This document shows positions 1 through 13,002 of a stretch of 64,000 nucleotides of DNA, in pieces. Origin of the DNA: Camelus dromedarius. Taxonomy: Eukaryota. Made by a program: the position numbers and the translations under genes. The notes beneath the pieces were generated by a model that had not been told where the DNA came from, did not search any database, and was given only the letters and a program-made list of their open reading frames with translations. The stretch spans positions 62,994,001 to 63,058,000 of the forward strand of contig NC_087436.1 in the NCBI RefSeq assembly GCF_036321535.1. Reading direction: 5' to 3'. Position 1 is the stretch's first letter, and each line of letters starts with the position of its first letter.

Positions 1-917
1 ACATACACACAGACACACACACACCACATTAACATTAAAGGGTGAGAAAATACTTTTGACTTGACTTTTATACCAGTCCCCTTGTTCCCCACTGAAAAAG
101 GATATAGGCTCACCCCTTTAAACAATCAGTTATTAGTTTTCTTATACACTGAAGTTTACAGATACTGGAGTTTCTAAGGTTAGGTTTTAGAGAGAATATT
201 TTAAAAAAATGAATAAGCATATGGAGAAAATAATTTTAAATTATTCAGAGTGTACTTGTTCATACATTATAGATACACATACCATGTGTTCTGAAAAACA
301 GTTGATGATAGAAGAAAATCTCTAAAGTTTTTCTTCTTGGGAATACCCAAGATACATGGCAACTATATTAGTAAATTGCTAAGATTTCTAAGATTTTCTT
401 CTCTTAAATTTATTTTCTGAAAGGGGTAAAAATAACCTTAATAGTTACATATCTCAACTTTTGAATTTAATATAATTTAATTGTCTTGTTTAGGGGATGC
501 CCCTAGTTCTAAGTAATACTTGGATTTAGTTTTGACAGCCAAAAATCTGATAGGAAAAATTTATAAGCATCTGTATGATTGACTTCATGCCATCGTCTTT
601 AAATATGGGTCACTTATAAGGTTATATTTTTTTCTATGTATTTCCTACCAGAGTGTGTAATTAGTCTATTTAAATAGACATAGTTAGCATCCCTGATGAG
701 GCACAATGTAAAATCTGGGGTTCCATCATTTGAGCACTTAGCACTCTGTAAAATGTGATCTAATAGTCAGTTCTCTGTGAACCTACTTATTGAGCTTGAA
801 GAATTCTCCTCAACCCTCACATGCTTCTTTGGCTTCCTTTTAAATAAGAGTCAATGTTTGCTGCACAGTGCTTTTTAAGCATGAACTCTACTCCAGCAAA
901 ATACAGAGGTGAAGTTA

Positions 918-1273
918 TTGGTCCCTTAGGATCCATGGGGCATTGGTTCCAGGATCCCCTGTGGATACCAAAATCCACAAATGCTCAATTCCCTCTATAA
1001 AATGGCATAGTATTTGCGTAGTATATTCATAGTAACCTAAGAATATCCTCCCATACACTTTAAATTATGTCTAGATTATCTATATAACCTAATACAATAT
1101 AAATATTATACAAGTAGTTGTAAATACCATGTAAATGCTATGTAAATAGTTGCTGGTGTGTGACAAATTCAAATTTTGCTTTTGGGAACTTTCTGGATTT
1201 TTTTTTCAAATATTTTCAATCTGTGGTTGGTTGAATCTGCAGATGTGGAACCCGTGGATACAGAGGTCCTACT
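918..1273 (+). mobile_element. MER2/MER2B-like non-autonomous TcMar-Tigger DNA transposon
   Basis: Matches remembered MER2 consensus (ttggttccaggatcccctgtggataccaaaatccacaaatgctcaa ... ggttggttgaatctgcagatgtggaacccgtggatacagagg), with imperfect terminal inverted repeats. Confidence 0.85.
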
Positions 1274-1671
1274 GTTTTAAGTGAAACTCTATAAAAAGTT
1301 TCCTGGCAAATGGCAATAGAGTAAAATAAATGAAGATAAAATCAATAGCCATCCCTGTCTCATGTGTGTGACACCTTGTTTATACAGAGCCCACGGCTGG
1401 GCAGCCAGGTGTGGTGGAAGCTCATCATGCCCTCTAAGTACGCGGTAACAGTTGTTGGAAAAGTTTGATGTATCTCGTCTCAAGGTTGAGAAATTCATAG
1501 AAATCATCCTTGTTTGGTTTTTCCTTATCCTTAGAAAAACATAAAATGAAAGAAAAGAAAAATGTGCCTTTTGGTCAGAAACAATATCAAACTTTTATAT
1601 AAACTTCAAATAAGATAGACAAAATAAAACGCCACTTCGAAATATAATTAATTTTTTTTACATTGAGATTT

Positions 1672-1882
1672 TTCAAAAAGGCACAATTGACATTTTGGAT
1701 TGGATAATTCTTTGTTGTAGGGGGCAGTCCTGTGCATTGTAAATGTTTACCAGCATCCCTGGCCTCAAAGACTCACTGCATGTTAGTAAAACACTCCCAG
1801 ATCCAGTGGTAATAATTGAAACTGACTATACAGATATTACCAAATGTCACTTGGAGCAAAATGCCCTCCCTTGAGAATCATG
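1672..1882. mobile_element. MER20-like hAT-Charlie DNA transposon relic
   Basis: ggcacaattgacattttggattggataattctttgttgtagggggcagtcctgtgcattgtaaatgtttaccagcatccctggcctc is the typical MER20 core. Confidence 0.8.
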
Positions 1883-2016
1883 GGTGTGCAATAAAGTCCA
1901 TCACATGGATTTTTTTTTTTTAACAACATAGTAATTCTGATACAATCTAGGGATTGTGGCTATACATTTAGATAGCAATTAGGAGTTTTCTGGTTTTGTA
2001 AAGAAATCTGTAGGTC

Positions 2017-2382
2017 TGCTATGGACTAAATGTTTGTGCCCCCTCCAAATTTCTGTGTCAAAGCCCTGATCCTCCAAATGGTACCTGGAAGTAGAGTTTG
2101 TGGGGAGTTATAGGTTTAGATGACGTCATGTGGGTGAAGCCCCCATAATGGGATTGGTGCCTGTACAAGAGAAGGGAAAGACTAGAGCCCTCTCTCACCA
2201 CCATAGAGGATATAGAAAGAAGTTGGCCATTGGAGAAATAGGAAGAGGGCTCTCACAAGATGTCAGATTCAAACAACACCTTGACCTTTTACTTCTCTAC
2301 ATAGAGAACTGTGAGAAATAACTGTTTGTTGTTTAAGCCACCCAGTCTACAGTACTTTGTTACAGCATCCCAAACTAAGATA
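2017..2382 (+). mobile_element. MLT1A-like MaLR solo LTR
   Basis: Starts tgctatggactaaatgtttgtgccccctccaaat and ends aactgtgagaaataactgtttgttgtttaagccacccagtctacagtactttgttacagc...aactaagata. It accounts for the spurious ORFs at 2130 and 2289. Confidence 0.85.
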
Positions 2383-5300
2383 TTCTTATTACTTAAATGT
2401 AGAAAAAATGTCACAGTTAAAGGCTTTATTTCAGAATGCCATGACAGTTTATGGTCAATAGTGTACATCATACCATAGCAGAATGTCAGTCAAGTTAGTG
2501 ATTTTGAACTAATGATTCAACAATCAATAAAATTTCTATATCTACATCAAATATGCACTAATTAAAACTGATCATAAAATTGGTCCATAATATTGACTGT
2601 GTTCTTTCTATTCTGTTGTGAAGCATACAAAGACAGTAAGCGATAGAAAACATTGTTTTCTATCATAAAAGTATTAAAATTTCATGTCTTAAATGTATAT
2701 ATTCCTGATTTTTAAAAATAACTAATTAGGAATAGAATGCTTCTATAGCATGTAAATAGATGCATCTCAAGTCAACAGCAAATATCTAATTCACTATGAA
2801 ACAGTAAAGTCATTATTACTACATTAAGGAGAAGAATAGATGCTTAATTATATATATTCAATTAATCTTGTCCTCAAAAGTCTTAATATTGAAACAAGAA
2901 ACATGAAACTAAAATAACCAGATGAAAAACACTTGGAACTCAAAACAACTTTAAAAATGACTAGACTTATGTAGTGAGTTTAGAAAGGAAGATAGGTACA
3001 ATATAAATGCATGAAAATCCACCTATTTTCTTCTAACATTAATCAACTTGAACATATACTAAAAACCCATATTAACAATGGCAAAGATAATATAAACTAA
3101 CCAAAAATAAAGATTAAAAGAAATATACTGATCCTAAAGAGAATAAACAATAAAACTTCTGAGTTACATAAGACAAAATATTTTCATAGCAAAGAATGAG
3201 ATTATTTTCATGAACAGGAAGAGTGAATAATGCAAGAAATACATTACAGTAGTAGCTAGTATTTACTGAATACCTAATACATACTATATGTTATAAATAA
3301 TTTACATAAATTTTCCCAATAACATTTATAAACATTCTACAAAGTTGTTACTGTGATGAAAGCCAAGCTGAGAGAATTAAACCTATTAAGATCACCAGGC
3401 AAAGGAACCAATCCACAAAATTAAGTGAAGTCTGAGCTCCTAGCAACTCCTTTATTGTTTCCCTACTAGTTTTGAATTATAAGATGTTGGAAAAGAAGCA
3501 GCTTTTACTAAATTCTGTCATAACAAGATATATTAATTTTTAGTTTATCTGAAAATTACTATAATTCAATAGTCAATACATGCGAGTGTCTAATATGGCA
3601 GGTACTGTGCTGAGCTTTGGCGACATTTAAAAAAATAGTTGTTTGGGTCTACTTTGTCCTAGTCATATAATGGTTGTCTTGGAACCATGTTATATACATG
3701 TATACATATGTATATACTTTATATAGTTAAATATACAATTTCATTAATCATAGCCTAATGTAATTAGGATGATGGCAAGCTGAATTAAAGGTAAACATCT
3801 AATAGTGCGTATAAGATACCAAGAAGTTAAAAACTTCATTTATATATTTCAGCTTTTAAAAATACTTTAGTTCTTCTTATTTTGTTATTTCAACTTCAAT
3901 ATATAGCCATAAAAATATCAAATAGATGTTTCTCTCACTGATTCTTTAAAAAAAATCATATATTCAATGCTATTACAACTGCTTTTTGTTTTTAAACTGA
4001 AAGATTGAAAAAGAAAAATACAAATGAAACAAAACTTGTGGAGAAAATTTGACTAGTTCTATAATGACAGGTAGGAACAAAATGATTGGCTTATGTTTAT
4101 CTTTTTATTTAATCTGCTTTTTTCCCTGTGCTCATAATATATACTCCTAGAAAAGGGGAATATTTAAAACACAGAAGTTGGAAATTATGTAAGAAAACAT
4201 GTGAAAAAATCAGGAAATAAACTCTTCAAGGAGTATTAATTTTCACTTTAACTTGAGAATTGCTTGAGGTACATGTGAAGTCTTTTTTGCCTTATACCTT
4301 AATGTGGTCCTGAGGACTATTCTGCTGAATTTAAATATAACATTATTTATGTCTTTGTTGCTATAAATGGTTTAAAAGAACATTGCTTTAATTACTTTAG
4401 AAGATAGGTCTCTAAACTAAAACCAATGTTTTACATAATTAAAATAACAATAGGTGAATGTATCTATTATTATGATACTTTAAAATTTGTACAAACTTAA
4501 CACTTCAAAATTCATGTGAAGTTGTATAAGTATGGGCTTTCCACTCAGGCCTTTAAAGGTTAAGATAATTTTTTACTAACACGGTAATTAAAAACTTAAA
4601 CAAATTTATATTAGAGACTAAATGACAACCGAGATAGAACTTGCCTTTCTGTGTCACTACAGTCAGTACCAGCCTGGATACTAGCAGAGTGGATGCTGAT
4701 GTTGCCATTTTCAGCCCATTAAATACAAACTGAGAATAGGAAGACATAATAATATGGACTGTCGTTTACCTCTCATAATTTAATCCAATGGCATTCTTCC
4801 TTGGATGGTCAACACAAATTCTGTGTTCCTCTGTAAGTTCACCTACCTCTCAACAGGCAACACTTCAGTAAACTTCAGTAATAGAAACAGGTAATGGGCT
4901 CTTCCTGGTGAGGTCAGTGCTTTCAATTATGGTCTCTGAGTGATACTGCCCTGAGAAATCAATTGTTACCAATTGTTACATTTTTCTCCCTGTATTGTTG
5001 TTTCCAATCAAATGGGAAAAAACAAAAAACAAAACTTTTCAAAAGTCTAGGTAGAAACCCTATTATGGTATTTTTCTGCTGTAACTCACAAGAAAAATGT
5101 ATTTGACTGAGTTCTTTCTAAATTACTAAGAAATAGCTTAAAATATGGAGTTAAATAAAACACTTTCCAAACTAAAGGGAAGAAACAGAGACAGAGATGG
5201 ACAGATAGAGACAAAAGAGAGACAGAGAGAGACAAAGAACCTTAATAAAAAACAAAAATTATAATTTTGAGAAAATAGACTTCCCTTCTTTCCATACTTT

Positions 5301-5729
5301 TGTGTAAGACCAGTATCAAAAGTGGAAAATATGTAATAGGCAAACCAACGATTCTTAATTCATGATAAACAGCAGAAAGTTGAACAATTTAATTATGTTT
5401 GTAATTATGAAAATATAAGCAGTTAAAATTTATTTTCAATTTGAATTTGGAATAACTGTAATTGACAATATTTTAGAGACAGTTACAATTCTAGAGATAT
5501 TTGAGTTCATTATTTGTCTCCTATTTCTAAGATTGCTTGCCTATGACAAAGTTGGCTGTGATAAAACTCATTATTATAAGTAGATTCCCAAGATCTGTAG
5601 AGGAAATAGTACTGGAAATATTTCTGATTTTTTTAATTTGAATAAGAACAGGTAGATCAGGACATATTAAACTTAATAGATCTTGATATATCTGATTCCA
5701 AAGAAGACAAGGTTCATTTCCATAATGAA

Positions 5730-5985
5730 ATTACCATTACTATTCTCATTTTACATATGTGGAGTGCAAATCAGAGGGAGATTAAGAAATTCCATTGTGA
5801 CTACTAGTAAGGGATTGGTCTGATTTGGATGAAATCAATCTGGTCCCAAGTTTCATGCTCTTGGACACATGGTGTCCTACATTTTGCAAGTTGGACATTG
5901 AGACATAAGAAATCAAGTTACTTATCAAAGTTCATAGAGTAAAGAAGTGACTTATTTGGTGCAAAAAGTAAGCAATCTGATCCTC
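5730..5985 (-). mobile_element. Two adjacent degraded MIR SINE cores
   Basis: ctcattttacatatgtggag...agagggagattaagaaatt and cctacattttgcaagttggacattgagacataagaaatcaagttacttatcaaagttcatagag both resemble the MIR core. Confidence 0.55.
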
Positions 5986-8544
5986 ATTATGCATGCATAT
6001 GGACCTAAACATGGTCAACTAGTACTGGTTTCAGTATCATACAGGTGTCATGTACATGCTATCTCTCACCCAACATTTCTTTCCTATAATGGTTTTCATA
6101 AAAATCAAGAAATATTTTAATAATAATTCAAGTTTATTTAGCACATTTTTTATGAGGGATGGAACACTGACCACAAAAAATAGACATCAGTATTACTCCA
6201 TGTTTTAGCAACTGTGGAAGCAGATTAAATTTCTGGGAATACCTGACAAGGTACTCATGAGAGCTTAGTTTCAAATCATACTCATTTGTCAATTGAAATT
6301 CAACTGTCACCAGAAGACAGTGTTTATTTTACCTATTTGACAAGAGATGAGATTTGGTTTACTTTATAGAAGTTCTAAATTGCCAAATTAAACAACATAA
6401 TTTTATTCTCCCAGTTTAATTATGCTCTCTTCCCACTCCCCTCAAAAGTGTTTTTATGGAGCTTTTCCCCTCTGGGGGAAAATGATACTAGTTTAAGAGG
6501 GTTTTATTTTTATTTTTAGCAACCATCATCACTTTTAGCCTAAATACTATAGTAAACGCCATTGAGAAATGCATTACACTTTGCAATTATTCCTATTTTC
6601 AAATGATAAATGGGGTTTTCAAAAAGAGGTATTGGGGCAATATCTATAAGATCTATGCATCATCTTGATTCTAATGCCTCTTCCCAAGATGATTTCATAG
6701 TATGAGTCCAAATCCTACTTTCTTCACTTTCACCTGTCAATTATCAGTTCAAGGGAATCAGTTATATATATATTTCTTTTCTATTCTTCCCATGAAAAAC
6801 GATGGAAATTTTCACATGACAGTTAGTAATTGCAGACGTTCCACAGAGACTAATATTCAATGTGCTAGTTGAAGCGAGAATGTCTGGATACAATTATTGA
6901 AGTCATTTCCCAGTGCACTGCAGGTACCCTCTAAAGATGAAGGGTGAATAGATTTATTTATTGCTCTCATCCAAAACTTCAGTTTGATGAATAAACCAGT
7001 TTGCATCCATGTGAGGCTCTCTTCCGCATTAGACTCAGCCTCTGCCTACTCTATTGTCTAAAAATAGGGAAGAAAGTCTCTTTCCCTTTCACTTCAGGTA
7101 GACACTAAAGTCTTTCACAGTGTAATACTTCCTCATTAGATGCATATTCAATATTATTTGATATAGATACAAGTTAAAGAAATGCCCCATATATCCTAAT
7201 TTATTTGAATAATATAGTTAAAAGTCAGAGATTTATCAGTAATGATTAAGTTAATACATAGGAGAAACTTGAGAGATGGAGATTTTCAAGGTCACAATCT
7301 TACGTCTTTTAGTTCCAGCTATGGATCTAGGGGTTGGGTAAAGATGAAGAGTACAAATATACCATGTTGTGCTTCTGTTTTATTCCTTTAATTCCTATGC
7401 TACGTGTTCTCATTGTGATTCCAAGTCATCTCATGAATTTCAAAAAAGACTGAAAATAAAATACATTCTATAGTTACTCTTCTCATTCAGAAAGTGTATT
7501 GATATGTGAGGCAAAACCCATTTAAGACCAAACAAAAGAAACAACAACAAAAATAAGACAAAGATATTTTAACCTAGGATGTAACTTATAATAAGATTTA
7601 GAGTATGGAAACTAATTAATGGAACAGAATTAGCATACACTTAAAACTATATATTATATGTTATTATTGATTCGTTTTCTTTAAATGTAATGAAGAAATA
7701 ACCCACTTTCCTTCACTTCTTTTTCAATCATTCCCTCCTAAAAAACAATAGTTAACTATGCTCAGAGTTCACAAAATATAAATAGCAATCAAATTTTTAT
7801 TAAAAATTGATGTAGATGAAAACTGTCTCCAATTTAGTTTAGCATTGGACCCTGAAACTAAATTATTGGCTTCTACTATATGAGAATTCAGAGTTTCAAA
7901 GAGCTATAGTCTTTTCCCAAAAGGGTGAAAAATAAATTTTCTATTCCCCCCTATTGTGTAAACTTTGAAGTAATCTCAAATCTCATTTCATCAATTTCTT
8001 ACCTTTTCTCTCTGCCTCCACTGGTTACTTGTATTATTTCCACCATTACTTTTGCTGAGACCATTTATTTTCCTAGTTTTTGGTTCTGTTAAAAGGCAGA
8101 TCTGTATCAGTATTAGGAGTCAGTACAGTGTTTGGGAGAATACTGACCAACAGTAGAAAATACCTGGCTTCCAGTCATGGCACTGGTCCCTAACATGTCA
8201 GTTGTCAGAACTCCATCTAGTACACTGGCTTTATTCCAGGTGCCTGGCTGGAATCATTCATGGAACGTACTAACTGCTCAACAAGTATTTGAAGGGATGA
8301 GAGAAGAATGAAAGGAGTTGGATCTTAGGAAGTAATTTAATTCTTTTCACAAATTTATTCCAGTTGAGAAGAAAGGGAATGACAAAAATATATAGACAAG
8401 TAAGTTAAGAGTAAATGTAATATGTACTAAGAAAGCAAATAAGGACATAAGGCACGCTTAATAGGACAGGATATAACTTAACAGGGAAGCAAGGTAGGTC
8501 TCCATTTGCTCGGGACATGTCTGTAACAGGCCCCATGGCCTATA

Positions 8545-9440
8545 TTAAATGTCGGTGAGACACTCAGATCATCCAAAACTGAACCCCAGCTCTCTCTCCT
8601 ACTACACACTCAAATATGTCCTTCCTCCTACTTTACATATCCTAGGAAAGAGCTCTATCATTCATACATTTATGGTAACTAGAAAATGTTGTGGGATTTG
8701 TTGGGCCTGTATGCAGGTGGTAAAAGAATTTATCACAAACAAAGGACTGAGATAGTAAAGGGGTTTATTAGATTGATACATTGCTAGAGGCAACAGTGGG
8801 CCACAGAGGAGAGGTGTCTGTATGCCTAGGTTCCATTGCTAAGTTTCCTAAAAGGTAGGGCAACCTTAAACTCCTTGTGCTTACATGACAAAGGACACAA
8901 AGGCGGTTGTGAAAGGGTATGGCTGGGGAGTGTTGTAGGGGGTTGTGACTGGTCCTCGTGGTCAGGCTTCTGGGCATTGTAAAGAAGATCATTATCTCAG
9001 CTAAGGCAGGTATGTATTAGGGAAGGAATGTTCTTTGTTATCTTCAAAGGGAAGCAGCCAGGCGCCTGAGGGGCCTTGGAGCAGGAATCTGCCAGATGTC
9101 TGTGGATTCCACAGAAACTAAGGAGTCATCATTGACACCTCACTGTCTTTCAGCTAACATACCCAGTCTATCACAAAGTACGAATGGTTTTGCTTTCTAT
9201 TATCTCCCAGTATTCATGTGCTTAAATCTCCATCTTTACTACTACTTATACCACCATTTTAGAACTTCATTCACATTTAACAAAAATTCTTCTTTGTATC
9301 TACTTTGGTCCTCTTCTAATAGTTCACTCCCATAGCAGCCATATATTTTCAAAGGTAAATCTAATGATACCACCTTCCTACCTTAGAGCTTTCATTCCTC
9401 TTCAAATAAAGAAAAATAAACCTCTTTATGGTGCTATCAT
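8545..9440 (+). mobile_element. L2 LINE fragment interrupted by an LTR
   Basis: tccaaaactgaac...tagaaa[LTR]gaaactaaggagtcatcattgacacctc follows the L2 consensus ccagaaacctaggagtcatccttgactcctc across the insertion. Confidence 0.7.
8687..9113 (-). mobile_element. ERV solo LTR, family unassigned
   Basis: 427 bp, GC-richer than the flanks, with TG...CA termini. tttatt near 8764 is AATAAA on the minus strand. Flanked by gaaaa (8682-8686) and gaaac (9114-9118), and it splits a colinear L2. Confidence 0.75.
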
Positions 9441-9753
9441 AGAGAATCAGCATTCTATTCCCTGCTGCTATGATATCTTAAATAAGTACAATGAAGCAGG
9501 TTTTGTCCTTCTGTGACTGGCTAATAGTGACCATCAGAAGGTGGGTCTCTTAACTGAGCTGACTTCTGCAGAGATGAAGGTGCTCAGGCTTCTCAGGAAA
9601 AGACATGCATCCATCCTCTATGCACAGCTCATTTGGTGACCACACATATTCCAAAGGCATTTCCCTGTACAGTTTGCAAATAGGGTGGTAATGTAGAAAA
9701 ATCTCTAACACAAAGTCTAGTAATGCTTCTTTTTAAAGGTGGCCGTTTAAAAC

Positions 9754-9774
9754 GGGGGGGGGGGGGGGGCGGGG
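9754..9774 (+). repeat. Poly-G tract (G16-C-G4)
   Basis: Directly visible homopolymer. Confidence 0.9.
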
Positions 9775-11569
9775 AAGGTGAGTTATTTAGGAATTCAGGA
9801 TAATTTCAAGGCTTGTTTTCTTTGGCTTTAAGAAGAGTAAGAATCACTCTTGAATTTTGTCCATATGCTCCTAATAATGGTTATCTAACACAGTGTAATA
9901 TCCAGTGGAAGCTTTTTCTAAATACTATAGGATGGCCTAAACTGACACATAGGTGGCCATGTATTTTTTAAAATAAACAGGAGAAGAAACCTGACAGGAA
10001 GTAATTTAGTAGGCCATCAGGATGGAATGGGAGTCGTATCATGATTAAATTCCTCAATATCCACATCCTACACTCTTACATGGACAAACATAAACATGTA
10101 TATGATTTTTTTTTTAACTTTAAGAAGTATTAGGAGTATCTGTAAGTCCCCTGGACAGAGGTGACATAGTCTTTGCTGATGCTCAATAACTGTGAATGGT
10201 ATGAATGAAAACATATTTGTTTATGTATATGGATGATGAATAAATATAAGACAGTTTTTATTCATTACAACAAAATGAAGACTCTTCTTTTTAAATAGTT
10301 ATATGTAAATTCCAAGACACAGCCTGTTAGAATACTTACTGAAATGAATGTAGATAATTTCACTTGGGTAACATGGGTTCTATTTTAATTCAGTTGGCTT
10401 ATATATTACAACCAGCAATTTTTCCTAGCTTTGAAAATATAATCTGAAACTATATAGGACCTTAGAAAATTTTCCTTTGATAAAAATCAATCAAGTTAGA
10501 GAATGTGAACTGTTATTCTAATTATTATTACTTAAGTGATTTATTATTTGTATTATATTTCAAATTTCCTAAGGATTAGATGTAGAATTGTACAGATTTT
10601 ATTTAAATCAAACAATGGTGAAAGTTCAGCAGAAGGTTAGCCAAATATAGTCAATTGCAATAAGAAATACAAAAAAGTACAAGAAAAGTTGGAAAGTATG
10701 TACATTAAGTAAATGAACTATAATGAGAGCTCTAAGTCCTTCAGGAGAATTTTTAAAGTTGCTAACAGAAAGATGAAGGGAAAAAAATGGTTTTCATATT
10801 AGAACACTTGAGAGAACTTTGGGAAAATTTCTATTCCTAAGGCAGTTTTCATAGAGCATCAGATGGTGCCCTTGACAAAGACTGACGTCTAAAATGAGAG
10901 AGTTATAGAGCAAGAAGAGTAATTCACGTCCAATAAATCACCAGGACCATATGGTATATATACAAGATTTCTGAAGGAAGTTAAGTGTGAACTAGCATAG
11001 ATGTAAGGGGGAAAAATTGTGTGAAATATAGCCTTAATGGTAGCATCTGCTTTTAAGACTGGAAGGTTACTAATTTAGTATGTAGAAAATATAGGGAAAT
11101 TTTTGTGTTAAAAGAATTTAATGTTTTCTACCTGTATTAAACAGTGATGTTGAGTAATCTTGAATATTTCTGTACCATTTTATCTTTATATTTTCTGGAT
11201 TCTTTTGTATCATCATGCTTTTTTGCCATCTCTCTTCCCGATCTTGACTACTCTTCCAACCATCCACTGTGTTTGTGTTGTCCAGGGTAATAACAGTTCA
11301 TTAGTTGTGATATTACAATGGCCTTTCCTCAGAAAATTTACATTTTTTTCCTCTCACGGTTGTTTTTTCATTGTTGTTATTTTGGTTTTGTTTTTGTTTT
11401 TTTCAAGTGATACTGAATTAGAATATACTTTGTTTCAAACAGAACTGGTATGGCTTCATTTTGTTTTTTACATTAGCTCATTCTGTCTCATGGCTTTGGA
11501 GTCCAGTTAGGGATATACCAAACATATGTTAATTTGCAATTTGAGAGTGAAAACTCAAATGATTTTGTT

Positions 11570-12820
11570 TGTTTACTTTTAAGTGACACGTCAGAAACAT
11601 ACAGAAAGGTGAGCTAATCATAAGTGCATAATATCAATAATTTTTTACACATACATGTACTAATGTAATTTACAGCTAAATCATCATAAAGTATATTGCA
11701 GCCCTCAAATTTCCCCTTTACCCTCTACCCATTAATATTATCCCAAAGTAATCACTATTCTGTATTCTAATATCATCAGTTAGTATTGCCTCTACTTAAA
11801 TTTCAAATATGTGAAAGCATAACCAATTATTTTCTGGCTTCTTTTGCTCCAAATGCTGTCTGAAATTCATCAATTCTAAGGTGTCTATCCATAGTATTAA
11901 TCTTATTCTATTTCTAGGTAAAGTTTCATTTTACAATGAGCCATATTTTATTTACCCATTATTTTATGATGGAACTTTGAGCTAATTCCATTTTTACCTC
12001 TTAAGTGTAAAGCTGTAATAAATATTCTTATACTCATGTCTTTTGCTGAACATATGCACTATTTTCACTTGATCATAAACTTAAGAGTGAAACTGTTAGT
12101 CAAAGAGTAAGCATTTAATTAAATGAAGTAAATAATGCCAAACTGTGTTCCAAAGTGTTGATGCACTTAACATTCAAATAACAATATATATGAGAATTCA
12201 ATTGCTTCACATGTTCACTGACACTTTGTATCATCACTCTTTTCATCGTTAACTATTGGATGAGTGGCTAAAGGAACCTCATTGTGGTATTAATTTGCAT
12301 TTCACTGAGGAGTAATGATGTTAACACATTTTAGGATGTTCATTGGCTATTTGAATATCCTCTTTTTCAAAGTAGCTATTGAGTTTTTTGCTCATTTTAA
12401 AAAAATTAGTTCTTTTATCTTTCTCAGATTCCTAGGAAATATTTATATATTCTGGATTTGAGTCCTTTGTTAAATCTGTATTATCTATGTATCTATTTAT
12501 CTATAAATGGATGTCAAAAATTTTACTGAAATTCAGTGTTTATTGTCTGCTTGTGTTTTGGGATTCTGTTTCAAAAATCTTTGCCTGTACCAAGATCATG
12601 TACGTATTTTCCTATAATTCAAATGCTTTATTGTTTTACATTCCACACTTAGATATATATGATTCTTCTCTAAATACTTCTGATGTACTATATGAGGAAA
12701 AGGGTTAATGTTTACCTTTTTTTTTCAAAGGGAAGTCAAATTGCTCCTGTTTATTGAAAATAACATTTTTCCCTCACTGAATTTCACTGGTATCTCTGTG
12801 GTAAATAAAGTTAAACTGAA
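11570..12820 (-). mobile_element. Old L1 (L1MC/L1ME-type) 3' region
   Basis: Antisense L1 motifs: ttttctggcttcttttgctc, ctcattgtggtattaatttgcatttcactgag, tatatattctggatttgagtcctttg. Confidence 0.75.
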
Positions 12821-12965
12821 TTTTTCTATAATATTCCATTATTCAATCACATATCCTGTGTCACTACAAGGAATTTAAATCCATAGCCCATAACCTCTTG
12901 TGGCTCTATAAGATCTTTCTAACTATCCCACTGGAGTTTCCAAAGATTGCTTGGGGAAACAAAAC

Positions 12966-12967
<2 letters not shown>

Positions 12968-13000
<33 letters not shown>
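12968..13000. repeat. (CA)n microsatellite
   Basis: Perfect AC run of about 16 units. Confidence 0.95.

Positions 13001-13002
<2 letters not shown>

Noticed and set aside
4770..4831. Possible minus-strand exon ending gag|gtaaac
   Set aside because: The acceptor lacks a pyrimidine tract and all three frames contain stops.
11160..11510. Hydrophobic 116-aa ORF resembling a membrane protein
   Set aside because: T-rich composition explains the Phe/Leu excess, the start is not ATG, and I recognise no homology.
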